From the NCBI GenBank assembly GCA_963764165.1, contig CAVXRD010000002.1:960001-1024000 (forward strand): 64,000 bases of DNA, in the 5' to 3' direction. Under the pieces are notes generated by a model. That model was not told the origin of the DNA. It did no database searches and saw nothing but the letters and a program-made list of their open reading frames with translations. Made by a program: the position numbers and the translations under genes. This document shows, piece after piece, positions 20,258 through 30,375 of this stretch. The first letter of the stretch is position 1. Every line of letters starts with the position of its first letter. Source of the DNA: an uncultured Verrucomicrobiae bacterium (GTDB taxonomy: Bacteria > Verrucomicrobiota > Verrucomicrobiia > Limisphaerales > Palsa-1400).

Positions 20258-21508
20258 TTATCGCTTCAGGATTTCGTCGATTTCGATGTGGCCTGTCGGA
20301 AATTTGACGCCGTCCAACGGGCTTCCGGCGTCGATGAGAAGCTGGACAACGCGGGGGAAGTTGCCCTCGGGATGGCGCTTCTCCACAAGGCAATCGTGCA
20401 GAGCCCAGCCCAACGCGGTTGCTTTGTAAGTTGGGTCGACGAGGCCGGTCGGATGGCCGCGATTCAAAAGCAGTTCAACGAGATCAGCGTGGCCGGCCCA
20501 TGCGGCGTTATGCAACGGTGTGAAACCGTAGACCGGTGTGGTCTGCGCGACAGGGAAGCCGAGGTCCAGCATCAGCCGCACTGCCTCGTAATCCAGATTT
20601 GTCTCCCAGCAATACCGCGGCAGCAATTCCAAATCGTCGCCTAAAAGCGTTCCCACCAGCCCGGGATTCCGCGCGAGGATTGACTCCGCCTGCTCGCGCC
20701 GCGCTAGAACGCAGCAAACGAGGAATTGAGTCGTCGTGTCGCTCTGGTCAAAGAAACATTGAAACAAATCTCCATGCCCATTTTTCAGCGCGATTTGGTG
20801 CGGGTAGCTGTTAAAGCCCAGCGTCCATTGGTAGATTGTCCCGCCACGGCCCTTGTAGCCGAGCGCCGGAAACTCGCTTCCCTTTCCGATGCGGCTCGCA
20901 AGGCAGCCCCGGTCCGCCGCGATGAGCCTTTCCGACAGGGCGCGATCGCCAAGAGCGGCGGCGAGGAAAATGTCCGGCGCAGCGCCTTGGTCCAAAAGCC
21001 AGCGCGATACTTCGGGCGTGTCACCAATGAGCCATTGCGCCGGGGTCGAGTCGTGGTCGTCATCGCGGGTGTCCAACCGCGCGCCGCGCCCGACAAGGAA
21101 CTGGGCTGTGGGAACATCGCGCGAAAAATGCAGCGGCCTGCATCCATCGCAGCCCTTGGCCTCGATCAGCGCCGGATCGGCGTTGAGAAATTCCTCGAGA
21201 TGGTCCAGCAATCCGAGGGCAGCCGCCGCGTGAACCGTCAGAACCGCGCTGCGTTCAACCAAGTATCTCGCCACCGAAGCCTCAATATGTCTCGCGTGAA
21301 GGCCGTTCTCCCACCATTTGCTGACAACCGAAACGTCAGCGCCCAACCCAAGCAATCGCTCCGCCATGTCAATGCTGCGAGCAGCAGCGAGGGGCGGGCA
21401 GCGACCGCCGCCGTTCAAAAGATCCACTCTGCCCGTCGCGAGACGCGCCGCGGCAGCCACATCGTCCGACTCAATAGCGCGGACAAGTTCCGAGGCGATG
21501 TCAGCCAT
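20258..21508 (-). CDS. Ankyrin repeat protein
   Basis: TVHAAAALG, DIFLAAALGD, GFTPLHNAAWAGHADLVELLL, TALGWA. Confidence 0.88.
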   Translation of the reverse strand: MADIASELVRAIESDDVAAAARLATGRVDLLNGGGRCPPLAAARSIDMAERLLGLGADVSVVSKWWENGLHARHIEASVARYLVERSAVLTVHAAAALGLLDHLEEFLNADPALIEAKGCDGCRPLHFSRDVPTAQFLVGRGARLDTRDDDHDSTPAQWLIGDTPEVSRWLLDQGAAPDIFLAAALGDRALSERLIAADRGCLASRIGKGSEFPALGYKGRGGTIYQWTLGFNSYPHQIALKNGHGDLFQCFFDQSDTTTQFLVCCVLARREQAESILARNPGLVGTLLGDDLELLPRYCWETNLDYEAVRLMLDLGFPVAQTTPVYGFTPLHNAAWAGHADLVELLLNRGHPTGLVDPTYKATALGWALHDCLVEKRHPEGNFPRVVQLLIDAGSPLDGVKFPTGHIEIDEILKR

Positions 21509-21778
21509 GGGACTAGCTTATCCATCCGTTTGCAATTCCACAACCTAAACCAAAACAAAGGTGTCCGGCGTCTTCGGGTTATGGAGAATGGGGAAAACAC
21601 CCCAATCTAATAAGTTCGCATGCCTTCAGAAAATGGGTGAATCTCCAAACGTGAGGTCCAAAACACGCGCGCAGGATATTTCGGTTTGCCGGTTGCGGCT
21701 GTTGAGAAAATGGGCCATATCCTTAACGTGCCAAACGTGCTCGCAAGTTCAAGCGATGGTGCTCCTGCATCTGGCCTA

Positions 21779-22601
21779 GGGCCTGTTAACACTAACGTAA
21801 CGCCTCCACGATGAGCGCGAGGACGACGAATCCGGAGTACAACGCATCCAATTTGTCGAAGCGACTGAAGACTCGGCGGTAGCTTTTGAGTCGGCGAAAA
21901 AGCCGTTCAATCTCATTGCGGCGTCGGTAAAGGGTTTGGTCATACTCCCACGGATTTAAGCGTCGGGGGTTAGGAGGAACCACTGGAGCGTAGCCCAATT
22001 CCCGCGCCTGTTGCAGAGTCTCGTCCCCTTCATAGGCGCTGTCCATGATGAGTGGAAGCCCTGCCGGAACCGGCCCGCCCGCCTGCAAAAGCTCGCGTCC
22101 TTGCGGCGCGTCCCCCGCCTGGCCGGGGGAAAGCTTGAGCATTAAGGCGCACTGGGCATTCGCGGCAACCAGATGAATTTTGGTGGTGCAACCGCCTCGG
22201 GAGCGCCCGATGGCCTGTGGGCCGTTTTTTTTAGCGCCCCGGTGCCGTCGGGGTGAACCTTGATCGTCGTGCTGTCCAAGCAGACTTGCTCGATCCGGAT
22301 CGCCAGGATTTGCTCCTGCTGGAGCCGGGCGAAGACTCGATCCAGCACGCCCGCTTTGCTCCAGCGGTTCATGCGGGTGTAGATCGTATGCCAGTTGCCA
22401 AAATGTTTTGGCAGGCCGCGCCATTTGCACCCATGCTCCACCACATAGAGCAGGGCGTTGAGAAGTTGCAGATTGGTCATGCTCACGTTGCCGCGCTGCC
22501 GCGGCAGACAATCAGCAACCCGCTGATATTGACTCTCTGTAAGCTCCACCCAGCCATTTTGCCTTGTCGCCTATAAAATGTCAATTAGTGTTAACAGGCC
22601 C
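21779..22601 (-). mobile_element. IS5-family (IS427-like) insertion sequence, 823 bp
   Basis: Perfect 17-bp TIRs GGGCCTGTTAACACTAA; TA duplication within a CTAG target; two-ORF transposase. Confidence 0.95.
21792..22549 (-). CDS. IS5-family transposase (orfA 22142-22549 + orfB, programmed -1 frameshift)
   Basis: GCKWRGLP..GNWHTIYTRMNRW, LDSTTIKVH, GRSRGGCTTKIH, DSAYE, YRRRNEIERLF; A8C slippery site (T run at 22225-22232 on + strand). Confidence 0.93.
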
Positions 22602-23745
22602 TAGTTTGCATAAGCGAAGAGTCCTTTCGAAGGATCGCCGAGGCAATTCCGGGTATAGCCGCTGTGTTTGACACTCAAGGCCGCTGCAGCTATGCCAATG
22701 CCGAATGGGATGAATATATCGGCGCCAAGGCTGGCGCCACCGATGGAGAGGGCTTGTTCGGCTTTGTCCATCCTGACGATCTTGCCAGCTTCATGGCGGA
22801 GTGCCGCCGAGGCAGTGAGTCCGGGGCAAGACTCGATATCGAGTTTCGATTGCGCGGCAAAGACCAGAATTATCGGTGGCATCGATTCCGCGCCGTCCCG
22901 ATCCAGGCGAGCCAAAGTGATGCAACGCAGTGGCTTGGAGTGGGGATAGATATCGAGAACGAGAAACGAAACCAAAGCAAAGGCGCGGAAGTTCAAATCG
23001 AATTAAACCGCACCAAAGATGAGCTGGAAAAGACCGTGGCGGAGCGAACTCACCAACTGGAGGACGTCGTCGAGCAACTGGAAGCATTTGCTTACAGCAT
23101 TGCGCACGACATGCGCGCTCCCCTGCGCGCCATGCATCAGTATGCCCAAATAGTCGCCAACGACTTTTCGGCGGAAGTGCCGCCAGACGCGCGCCCTTAC
23201 TTGAACAAAATCATGGCGGCTTCGGAAAAACTTGATTTTCTCATCCGGGAAGTTCTTGTTTACACGCGGGTGTCGCAAGGCCGCATGGAAATGGCGCCGA
23301 TAAGCCTTGAAAGATTATTGTCTGAGATTCTGGTAATGTATCCACAATTGAATTCACCCGATATCGAACTAAATGCCGTGCTGCCACTCCATCCCGTCAT
23401 TGCCGATGAAACGGCTTTGACGCAGGTTTTTTCAAATTTGCTTTCCAACGCGGTGAAATTTATTGGGACAGACCGCAAACCCCGGGTGAAAATCTGGACG
23501 GAGGCAAAAGGAGAAGTGGTGCGAATTTTTATCAGCGATAACGGAATCGGCATCCCTCAGCGCGATCAAAATCGGATTTTCAAAATGTTCGAGCGCCTGC
23601 AGCCTGAATCCAAATATGAGGGCAGCGGAATCGGCCTGACAATTGTGCGAAGGGCGGTCGAACGCATGGGAGGGAAGATCGGAGTGGAATCAGCCGAAGG
23701 ACTAGGCAGCACCTTTTGGATCGAACTTAGGAAAGGAGATGCGCC

Positions 23746-24243
23746 TTGAATCCCGCGCCGATTCTCCACGTGGAAGATAATGAAGACGATCAATTCTTCC
23801 TGAAACGCGCCTTCGCGGCGGCTGGCATCGAGAACGCAATTCATATCGTGAGCGATGGCAATAAGGCCCTTGATTATTTGTCGGCGAAGGAACCCTACGC
23901 AGACCGGCAGCAATACCCGGCGCCCTGTCTCATCGTCTTGGACTTGAACCTTCCCAAGCTGCATGGACTGGAAGTATTGAAATGGATTCGCGGGCATAAG
24001 GAATTCAAATCTGTCGTGGTCGTGATTCTCAGCTCGTCCCCATTGAGAAATGACGTCGATATCGCCTATGACATCGGAGTGAACTCCTTCATCGTCAAAC
24101 CCCTTACCGCCGACCAGATGACCAGAGTCGCGCGTTTGATTAAAGAGTATTGGCTTGAGACGAACGAATTCCCTTCAGTTTGTCATCTGCAGAAACCGCC
24201 GGATTATTTTGGAGTGAAGCCGCCCCGGCGCTTTGAGGCCTGA
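23746..24243 (+). CDS. Single-domain response regulator (Rcp1/CheY-like)
   Basis: ILHVEDNEDD, LIVLDLNLPKLHG, ILSSS, SFIVKP; start overlaps kinase stop. Confidence 0.9.
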   Translation: MNPAPILHVEDNEDDQFFLKRAFAAAGIENAIHIVSDGNKALDYLSAKEPYADRQQYPAPCLIVLDLNLPKLHGLEVLKWIRGHKEFKSVVVVILSSSPLRNDVDIAYDIGVNSFIVKPLTADQMTRVARLIKEYWLETNEFPSVCHLQKPPDYFGVKPPRRFEA

Positions 24244-24479
24244 CCCCTGCCTGATGATTGAGTTTCATCGGCTCAAAACAACCTGCGTTGTTCTGCGCAA
24301 ATCTGCGGCTCACCATTTCAGGCCGCGAACGATATGTCTTGCTTCGCGCTGTCCCGATTTGCGTCGGGTTCATGGTCTGCCAATTCGCCGGGATCAAAGG
24401 CGGCCTGCTGCTTCACTCGGCTGCCGCCAGCGCCCCGCGACGATGGCAAACGACTTAACTTGGCAAAGAGGGTGTGGCA

Positions 24480-25361
24480 TTATCCCATCGCCATGGCGGC
24501 GCTGGAGATTTCGAGCAATTCCTTCGTGATGTTCGCCTGGCGGAGCTTGTTGTATTCAAGGGTTAGATCCTTGATGAATTGCTTCGCGTTGTCGGTGGCG
24601 TTTTTCATGGCCACCATTCGGGCGCTGTGCTCGCTGGCTTTGGCTTCGAGGAGTATCTGGTAGACTTGGAAATTCAGGCTGTGCGGCAGCAAGGCTCCCA
24701 AAACGGTTTCCTGGCTGGGCTCGAAAAGGTATTCGCCGTTCTTGCCGTCTGCGGCGGGAATCTGCACTTCGGGCTTAACACCGATGCCAGCAGTGACTTG
24801 TTTGATTTCCGCCACGGGCAGCAACTGCCTCACTTCGGGTTTTTGCACCAAAGTGGAAACATACTGCGTGAATACAATATCCACTGCGCCCACTTCGCCC
24901 TTTAGGAATAGGTCCTGGGCGAATTTGGAAATGGCGCGGGCCTCCTCGAACAACGGGGCGTCCTTGTAGCTGAATTCGGCCACCATTTTGCGCTTGGTGC
25001 GGGCGAGAAATTGCGATGCTTTGCGGCCTGCGGAAATGAATTGCGTATCCGGGCCGAACTTGGCGGCTTCACGCATCAAGTTGGTGTTCAAACCGCCACA
25101 CAAACCCTTGTCCGTGCTGATGACGATGACGCAGCGGGCCGGATTGTCATTGGTCTCGAGGAAAGAATGGGTGAAGTCGCGCGATTCTCCCACCAGCGAG
25201 CCGAGCACCTTGTTCATCAGGTTGGCGTAAGGACGCCCGGCCAAGGCCGCTTGCTGGGCTTTGCGCATCTTGGACGCCGCCACCATCTGCATGGCCTTGG
25301 TGATCTGGGCGGTGTTCTTGACCGACTTGATGCGCCGGCGGATGTCGCGTGTGCTGGGCAT
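24480..25361 (-). CDS. atpG: F1 ATP synthase gamma subunit
   Basis: IRRRIKSVKNTAQITKAMQMVAASK, DKGLCGGLN, SEHSARMVAMKNATDNA, RQANITKEL. Confidence 0.97.
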   Translation of the reverse strand: MPSTRDIRRRIKSVKNTAQITKAMQMVAASKMRKAQQAALAGRPYANLMNKVLGSLVGESRDFTHSFLETNDNPARCVIVISTDKGLCGGLNTNLMREAAKFGPDTQFISAGRKASQFLARTKRKMVAEFSYKDAPLFEEARAISKFAQDLFLKGEVGAVDIVFTQYVSTLVQKPEVRQLLPVAEIKQVTAGIGVKPEVQIPAADGKNGEYLFEPSQETVLGALLPHSLNFQVYQILLEAKASEHSARMVAMKNATDNAKQFIKDLTLEYNKLRQANITKELLEISSAAMAMG

Positions 25362-25367
25362 GGCCTC

Positions 25368-26900
25368 TTAGCGGTAAGTTTGCTTGAATTCCGTCACCGC
25401 CGCCTTCAACTCTGCCGCCAGGGTGTCATTGATGGCTTTTTCCTTGCGCACTTTGTCCATCACAGCCGACTTGCGGCTTGTCAAATACTCGGTCAACTTG
25501 GCTTGAAAATCCTTGATCTTCTCGACCGGGACGTCGTCCACGAAGTTGTTCTGCACGGACCACAAAATCGCGGCTTGGACTTCCACCGGGATCGGGTTGT
25601 ATTGCGGCTGCTTAAAAATTTCGACGATGCGTTTGCCACGCTCCAATTGCGCCTGCGTTTTGGCGTCGAGATCGGAGCCGAATTGGGCGAACGCGGCCAA
25701 TTCGCGGAATTGGGCCAGCTCCAGCTTAATACGACCGGACACCTGTTTCATCGCCTTGATCTGCGCGGCGGAGCCGACGCGTGAGACAGACAGACCGACC
25801 GAGATGGCGGGACGAATGCCTTGGTAGAACAAGTCTGTTTCGAGGTAAATCTGGCCGTCGGTAATCGAAATGACGTTGGTCGGAATGTAGGCCGAGACGT
25901 CGCCCGCTTGCGTTTCAATGATCGGCAGGGCGGTCAGAGAGCCATTGCCGTATTTCTCGCTGACGCGAGCGGAACGTTCGAGCAAGCGGCTGTGCAAATA
26001 GAAAACGTCACCCGGATAGGCTTCGCGGCCCGACGGACGCTTCAACACGAGTGAAACTTGGCGATAGGCGACGGCGTGCTTGGAGAGATCGTCATAGATG
26101 ATCAGCGCATCCATGCCGTTATCCATGAACCATTCACCCATTGCGCAACCGGCGAACGGAGCGAGATATTGGTTGGTGGCGGAATCCGAAGCGCTGGCGC
26201 TGACGATGATCGTGTAAGGCATCGCACCGGCTTCTTCGAGAACGGCGATGACGCGGGCCACATTCGATTGCTTTTGGCCGACGGCGACGTAAACGCAATA
26301 CAGCGGGCGATAGCTCGCATCCTTGGCCACTTCCGCCGCTTTATTCTGGCGGGCCTGGCTGATGATGGTGTCAACGCCGATCGTCGTCTTGCCGGTGGAA
26401 CGGTCGCCGATGATCAATTCGCGCTGGCCGCGGCCAATCGGAATCATCGCGTCGACGGCCATAATGCCGGTTTGCACGGGCTGGCTGACGGATTTGCGTT
26501 TGACAATTCCCGGCGCGATTTTTTCGACCGGGTAGCTAAATTCTGTGGTGATCGGGCCTTTGCCGTCGACAGGCTGGCCGAGCGCATTGACCACGCGGCC
26601 AAGCAGCGCCTTGCCAACGGGCACTTGGAGCAATTTGCCGGTCGTCTTGACTTCCTGGCCTTCTTTAATGGCAGTGTAGTCACCGAGGATAATCGCGCCG
26701 ACTTCCGTTTCTTCAAGGTTCAGCGCGAGGCCGACGATGCCGTCGCCGAAGTCGAGCATCTCGTTAAGCATCGCGTCGGAAAGGCCTTCGATCTTGGCCA
26801 CGCCGTCGCCGATTTCGCGGACGGTGCCGACGTTTTGGCGGGTGACGCCGGTTTTCAGGCCCGAAATCTGGGCTTCAATCTCTTGCAACAGTGTACTCAT
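25368..26900 (-). CDS. atpA: F1 ATP synthase alpha subunit
   Basis: [46 protein letters not shown]; start at MSTLLQ. Confidence 0.97.
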   Translation of the reverse strand: MSTLLQEIEAQISGLKTGVTRQNVGTVREIGDGVAKIEGLSDAMLNEMLDFGDGIVGLALNLEETEVGAIILGDYTAIKEGQEVKTTGKLLQVPVGKALLGRVVNALGQPVDGKGPITTEFSYPVEKIAPGIVKRKSVSQPVQTGIMAVDAMIPIGRGQRELIIGDRSTGKTTIGVDTIISQARQNKAAEVAKDASYRPLYCVYVAVGQKQSNVARVIAVLEEAGAMPYTIIVSASASDSATNQYLAPFAGCAMGEWFMDNGMDALIIYDDLSKHAVAYRQVSLVLKRPSGREAYPGDVFYLHSRLLERSARVSEKYGNGSLTALPIIETQAGDVSAYIPTNVISITDGQIYLETDLFYQGIRPAISVGLSVSRVGSAAQIKAMKQVSGRIKLELAQFRELAAFAQFGSDLDAKTQAQLERGKRIVEIFKQPQYNPIPVEVQAAILWSVQNNFVDDVPVEKIKDFQAKLTEYLTSRKSAVMDKVRKEKAINDTLAAELKAAVTEFKQTYR

Positions 26901-26919
26901 AAATATCTGGTTGGTTAGC

Positions 26920-27312
26920 TCAGGCCAATTGCTGCAACGCCGCAAGCCGTCCTTGCACGCTGCCATTGTAAACATCACCGCCCACCTGGATGCGGACGCC
27001 GCCAATCAAGGCGGAATTTTGAACGAAGTTGAAGCTTAGCCCCTGCCCGTATTGTTTGGTCAAATCGCCTTGGATGCGGGCCTGTTCCTCCGGGCGGAGA
27101 GCCGTGGCGCTTTCAATCGTCGCCGTGCGGCGGGCGATTTCGAGGCGCACGAGCCGTTCGAAGTGCGACAGAATGGCCACGTAGCCGCGCGGTTTGCCTT
27201 GGACGACGGCGGCCAGCGCTTTGCGGGCGCGGGATTCGTCGAGGCCATCGTTCACCATGCAGGTGCGGAATAATTCGCGGGCGTCGCGGCGGGCTTGTTT
27301 CGTGATTTTCAT
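26920..27312 (-). CDS. atpH: ATP synthase delta subunit (short, 130 aa)
   Basis: [31 protein letters not shown]; position between atpF and atpA. Confidence 0.9.
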   Translation of the reverse strand: MKITKQARRDARELFRTCMVNDGLDESRARKALAAVVQGKPRGYVAILSHFERLVRLEIARRTATIESATALRPEEQARIQGDLTKQYGQGLSFNFVQNSALIGGVRIQVGGDVYNGSVQGRLAALQQLA

Positions 27313-27329
27313 CCCCGATGCTTATCGCA

Positions 27330-27830
27330 TTAAGCTGCCAACTGACGGCGGGTTTCTTCAGCTAACCGCTGCTGGTCTTCCGGCGTCAGTACCTTGCCTG
27401 TCACCAAGCCGGTCGTATGCACCACCAGCGTGACGACTTCGCGCTTCACTTCGGCCAGCATGCGCTGGCGCTCGAGTTCAGCGGATTCGCGGGCTTTGAT
27501 GATGATCTGCTCGGCGGCGGCGATGGCTTTCTGCGTTTCAGTTTCCTGGACGCGAGCGGCGGCGGCGCGGGCTTCCTCGATTAGCTTGTTGGCCTGGGCG
27601 TTGGCTTTTTCCAAAACTTCGCGCTGGGCCACTTCGGTGCGGGCGAGTTCCACTTTGATTTTATCGGCGTTGTTGATGCCTTCCGCGATCCGCTCGCGGC
27701 GCTGCTGCAACATCGCCAGGACCGGACCATAAGCCCACTTCGACAGCACGAACAAGATAATGCCGAAATTAATCGTCTGGGCCAGCAACTCCCGCCAGTC
27801 GATTCCAAGATGGTCTAAGGTCTCCTTCAT
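27330..27830 (-). CDS. atpF: Fo ATP synthase b subunit
   Basis: QTINFGIILFVLSKWAYGPVLAMLQQRRERI, then coiled coil. Confidence 0.95.
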   Translation of the reverse strand: MKETLDHLGIDWRELLAQTINFGIILFVLSKWAYGPVLAMLQQRRERIAEGINNADKIKVELARTEVAQREVLEKANAQANKLIEEARAAAARVQETETQKAIAAAEQIIIKARESAELERQRMLAEVKREVVTLVVHTTGLVTGKVLTPEDQQRLAEETRRQLAA

Positions 27831-27839
27831 AAAACCGGT

Positions 27840-28055
27840 TTATCGCGTCACCACGAAGAACGTCAAGATGGCCAGACCTTCCGCGAGCGCCATTCCGATA
27901 ATGCCGACCAGGAAGATTTTGCCGAATGCGCCGGGGTTGCGGCCAATGGCTTCGGAGGCTTTGGCCGCCGTCATTCCGACGCCCAGGGCGCCACCCAAAC
28001 CAACCAATGCGACGGCGATGTTTCCATTCAACGTCAATGCTTCAGCTGCTAACAT
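27840..28055 (-). CDS. atpE: Fo ATP synthase c subunit
   Basis: GLGGALGVG, loop GRNP, carboxylate in ALAEGL. Confidence 0.95.
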   Translation of the reverse strand: MLAAEALTLNGNIAVALVGLGGALGVGMTAAKASEAIGRNPGAFGKIFLVGIIGMALAEGLAILTFFVVTR

Positions 28056-28140
28056 ATTAATTATTTCCTTTCACTATTGTTTGTGTTGCATCGCAACCGC
28101 CCGCGCGCAGCACGGTCACAGTTGCAAAATTCGTTTCCGG

Positions 28141-29085
28141 TCAATGGGCGTGCGAGGCTCCCTCTTCCTCCTCATGCGAGCAAAGCGTGCTTATGAACGC
28201 GATGCACAGGAGGGTAAAGACGAGCGCCTGCACAAAGGCCACGACCAATTCCAGAAAATAGAACGGCACCGCCGGCAATCCCCACGCTTTGTGGAGCATG
28301 ATCGCCAGCACGCTTTCGCCGCCGTAGATATTCCCGTAAAGACGCATGGCCAGCGCCACAGGGCGAATGAAAATGGAAACGACTTCAATGCAGCCGATGA
28401 AGGCGAACACCAGCGCCAACGGAATGACCGCCGCGCCCTTGATGCCACCTTTAACGCCGAAAACGTGCTTCACCAATCCGAACGGGCCGTTATAACGAAA
28501 AGCCCAATAGGTGCTCATGACGAAGAAGATGGCCGACATCGCGATGGTGGTATTGGCGTCCGCCGTCGGCGCGCGGAACAGAGGTCGATCCGCTTCTTTC
28601 AGCGCGAAGGGCAAGCTGCTGTGGTGGCTGTACTGGCCCCAGCCAATGCTGCCAATGCCAGGAAGCAGCGCCAACAGGTTGGACATGACGATGAAAATGA
28701 AAAACGTCGCGATGAGAGGAAAGACCCATCCAACAACCTTCGGCTCAAGCAAACCTTTGGTCAGGTCTTCGAGGCCTTCCACCGCCATCTCGATGGCGTT
28801 TTGCAGTCCGCTGGGAATGACTTTCAAATTGGAAGTTCCCGCACGCACCACGACAAGAATGATGATGGCGATCACCCACGTATAAAGCATCGCATTGGTT
28901 ATTGGAATTCCAAGCGGCTCCCAAAGCACGATAGCTTTGGGAGATACCTTCGGTGCGGCTTCCTCTTCATTTTCCGCCGCAGCAGGAGCGCCCGCCGCAG
29001 GTTTCTCAGCCGTCTGCGCCACAAGCGGCGAGATCGGACAGCCCAGCAGGAAAAGCCACAAAATTGTAATTTTTATCAATCGCAT
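28141..29085 (-). CDS. atpB: Fo ATP synthase a subunit with N-terminal signal-like extension
   Basis: IPSGLQNAIE, RAPTADANTT, RPVALAMRLYGNI, LVVAFVQALVFTLL. Confidence 0.95.
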   Translation of the reverse strand: MRLIKITILWLFLLGCPISPLVAQTAEKPAAGAPAAAENEEEAAPKVSPKAIVLWEPLGIPITNAMLYTWVIAIIILVVVRAGTSNLKVIPSGLQNAIEMAVEGLEDLTKGLLEPKVVGWVFPLIATFFIFIVMSNLLALLPGIGSIGWGQYSHHSSLPFALKEADRPLFRAPTADANTTIAMSAIFFVMSTYWAFRYNGPFGLVKHVFGVKGGIKGAAVIPLALVFAFIGCIEVVSIFIRPVALAMRLYGNIYGGESVLAIMLHKAWGLPAVPFYFLELVVAFVQALVFTLLCIAFISTLCSHEEEEGASHAH

Positions 29086-29387
29086 TGGACAATCATCCCT
29101 ATCGTTCACACATAGGGGCACCTCGTCGCCGAAGCCGGCCAAAGCCGTAGCGGCGAAAGAGGGGACGAAATTGCATCATCGTGAAATTTTTCACAAGCGT
29201 TTTTTTTGGGAAAATTTATCGGCGGGATTGGACGCTGTCGAGCGCTTGTATAAAATGCGTGGCGCGGTTTCAGCAATGCATGGGAAGAATGGGAATAATG
29301 AGACGGATGTCTGTGGCCTCCGCCTTCAGACGCTTGCAAGATTACCGGCTATCAGCCGTATACTCCATTGTCCGATTGTCATGAATT

Positions 29388-30320
29388 ATGAAGAAACATA
29401 TCTGCGCCGCCGGAATGGCGGCTTGCTGCATTCTCAACCTCTCTGCCTTCGCGCAGACCAATGAACCCTCCGTCACAACCTCCGGCGACAATGGCGCCGA
29501 TTGGGCTCCATCCCTGGCCGGCAAATGGAAAATGGGTTTTTCCTCGGATTATTCCGCGGTAGCTGCGGGGCGCGTTGATTTTCCCGGCGCCAAAGGCGAA
29601 TCCGACGCCCAATCCGTCAACGCCAGTCTCACCGCGGAAATTCCAGTCAACGACAAGTGGTTCGTTCCCCTCGCCCTTTCATCGCACAATATCTTTCCAG
29701 GCGCGGTCACGGGCGCTCCGATTCCATATCAAATTGACACGCTCGGCTTGAACGCGGGCGCGGGCTATCGCCTCAACAGCGAATGGACCATTGCGGCGGC
29801 GGCCGGTCCGCGCTTTTACCGCATTTACGACACGGACAGCGGGGACATCGGCGTCGGCGGCGCCATTCGCGCCACTTACTTGTTTCGCCCGAACCTTACC
29901 TTTGCCTTCGGCTTTGCCGTTGATCCTGACCGCGATATTCCAGTGCTTCCCGGGGCGGGGTTGAAATGGGACATCCGCGATGATCTCACACTGAGCGTCA
30001 TGTTCCCGCGTTCCGGGCTGACGTATCATATTGATCATCGCTTGAGCTTGTTTGCCGGGTTTGACGGCGAATTCGCCGTGTTCCGCGGCGAAGACAACAT
30101 GGGCAGCAAAATTGGCTTGCCGCAATACAACAACGCGCTGGGAACCTATCGCGATTTCCATGCGGGCGTTGGAGTGGAATATCGGCTCGTTCGCGGACTG
30201 ACGGCGTCGGTTGAAGGCGGTTATTCCTTCGACCGCGAGATGGATTATCAGCGCATCGACCAGACGGTGAAATTTGATTCCGCGCCTTACGTGCAGGTGG
30301 GATTCCGCTATCATTTCTAA
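29388..30320 (+). CDS. Outer-membrane beta-barrel protein (DUF6268-like)
   Basis: Signal peptide; amphipathic strands, PVLPGAGLKW, C-terminal YVQVGFRYHF. Confidence 0.75.
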   Translation: MKKHICAAGMAACCILNLSAFAQTNEPSVTTSGDNGADWAPSLAGKWKMGFSSDYSAVAAGRVDFPGAKGESDAQSVNASLTAEIPVNDKWFVPLALSSHNIFPGAVTGAPIPYQIDTLGLNAGAGYRLNSEWTIAAAAGPRFYRIYDTDSGDIGVGGAIRATYLFRPNLTFAFGFAVDPDRDIPVLPGAGLKWDIRDDLTLSVMFPRSGLTYHIDHRLSLFAGFDGEFAVFRGEDNMGSKIGLPQYNNALGTYRDFHAGVGVEYRLVRGLTASVEGGYSFDREMDYQRIDQTVKFDSAPYVQVGFRYHF

Positions 30321-30375
30321 TCATGGGAGCAATGGGAATAATGGGACGGCGCGGCAGGAGCCTCGCCCCGCGTCA

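Larger units (their letters stand above)
21710..23749 (+). pseudogene. PAS-domain histidine kinase interrupted near its 5' end by IS5
   Basis: 21710-21778 joins in frame to 22604-23749 after removing the IS and one TA; PAS (FVHPDD, EFRLRGKDQNYRW), H-box FAYSIAHDMRAP, G-boxes DNGIGI and GSGIGL. Confidence 0.85.

Noticed and set aside
20258..24243. Composite transposon or prophage/integrative island
   Set aside because: Only one IS copy; no integrase, att sites or phage genes
24480..29085. N-ATPase or Na+-translocating ATPase as the reason for the odd operon
   Set aside because: No atpDC-atpQ-atpR upstream, b and delta are separate, and subunit c (ALAEGL) lacks the Na+-binding Q..ES/T motif
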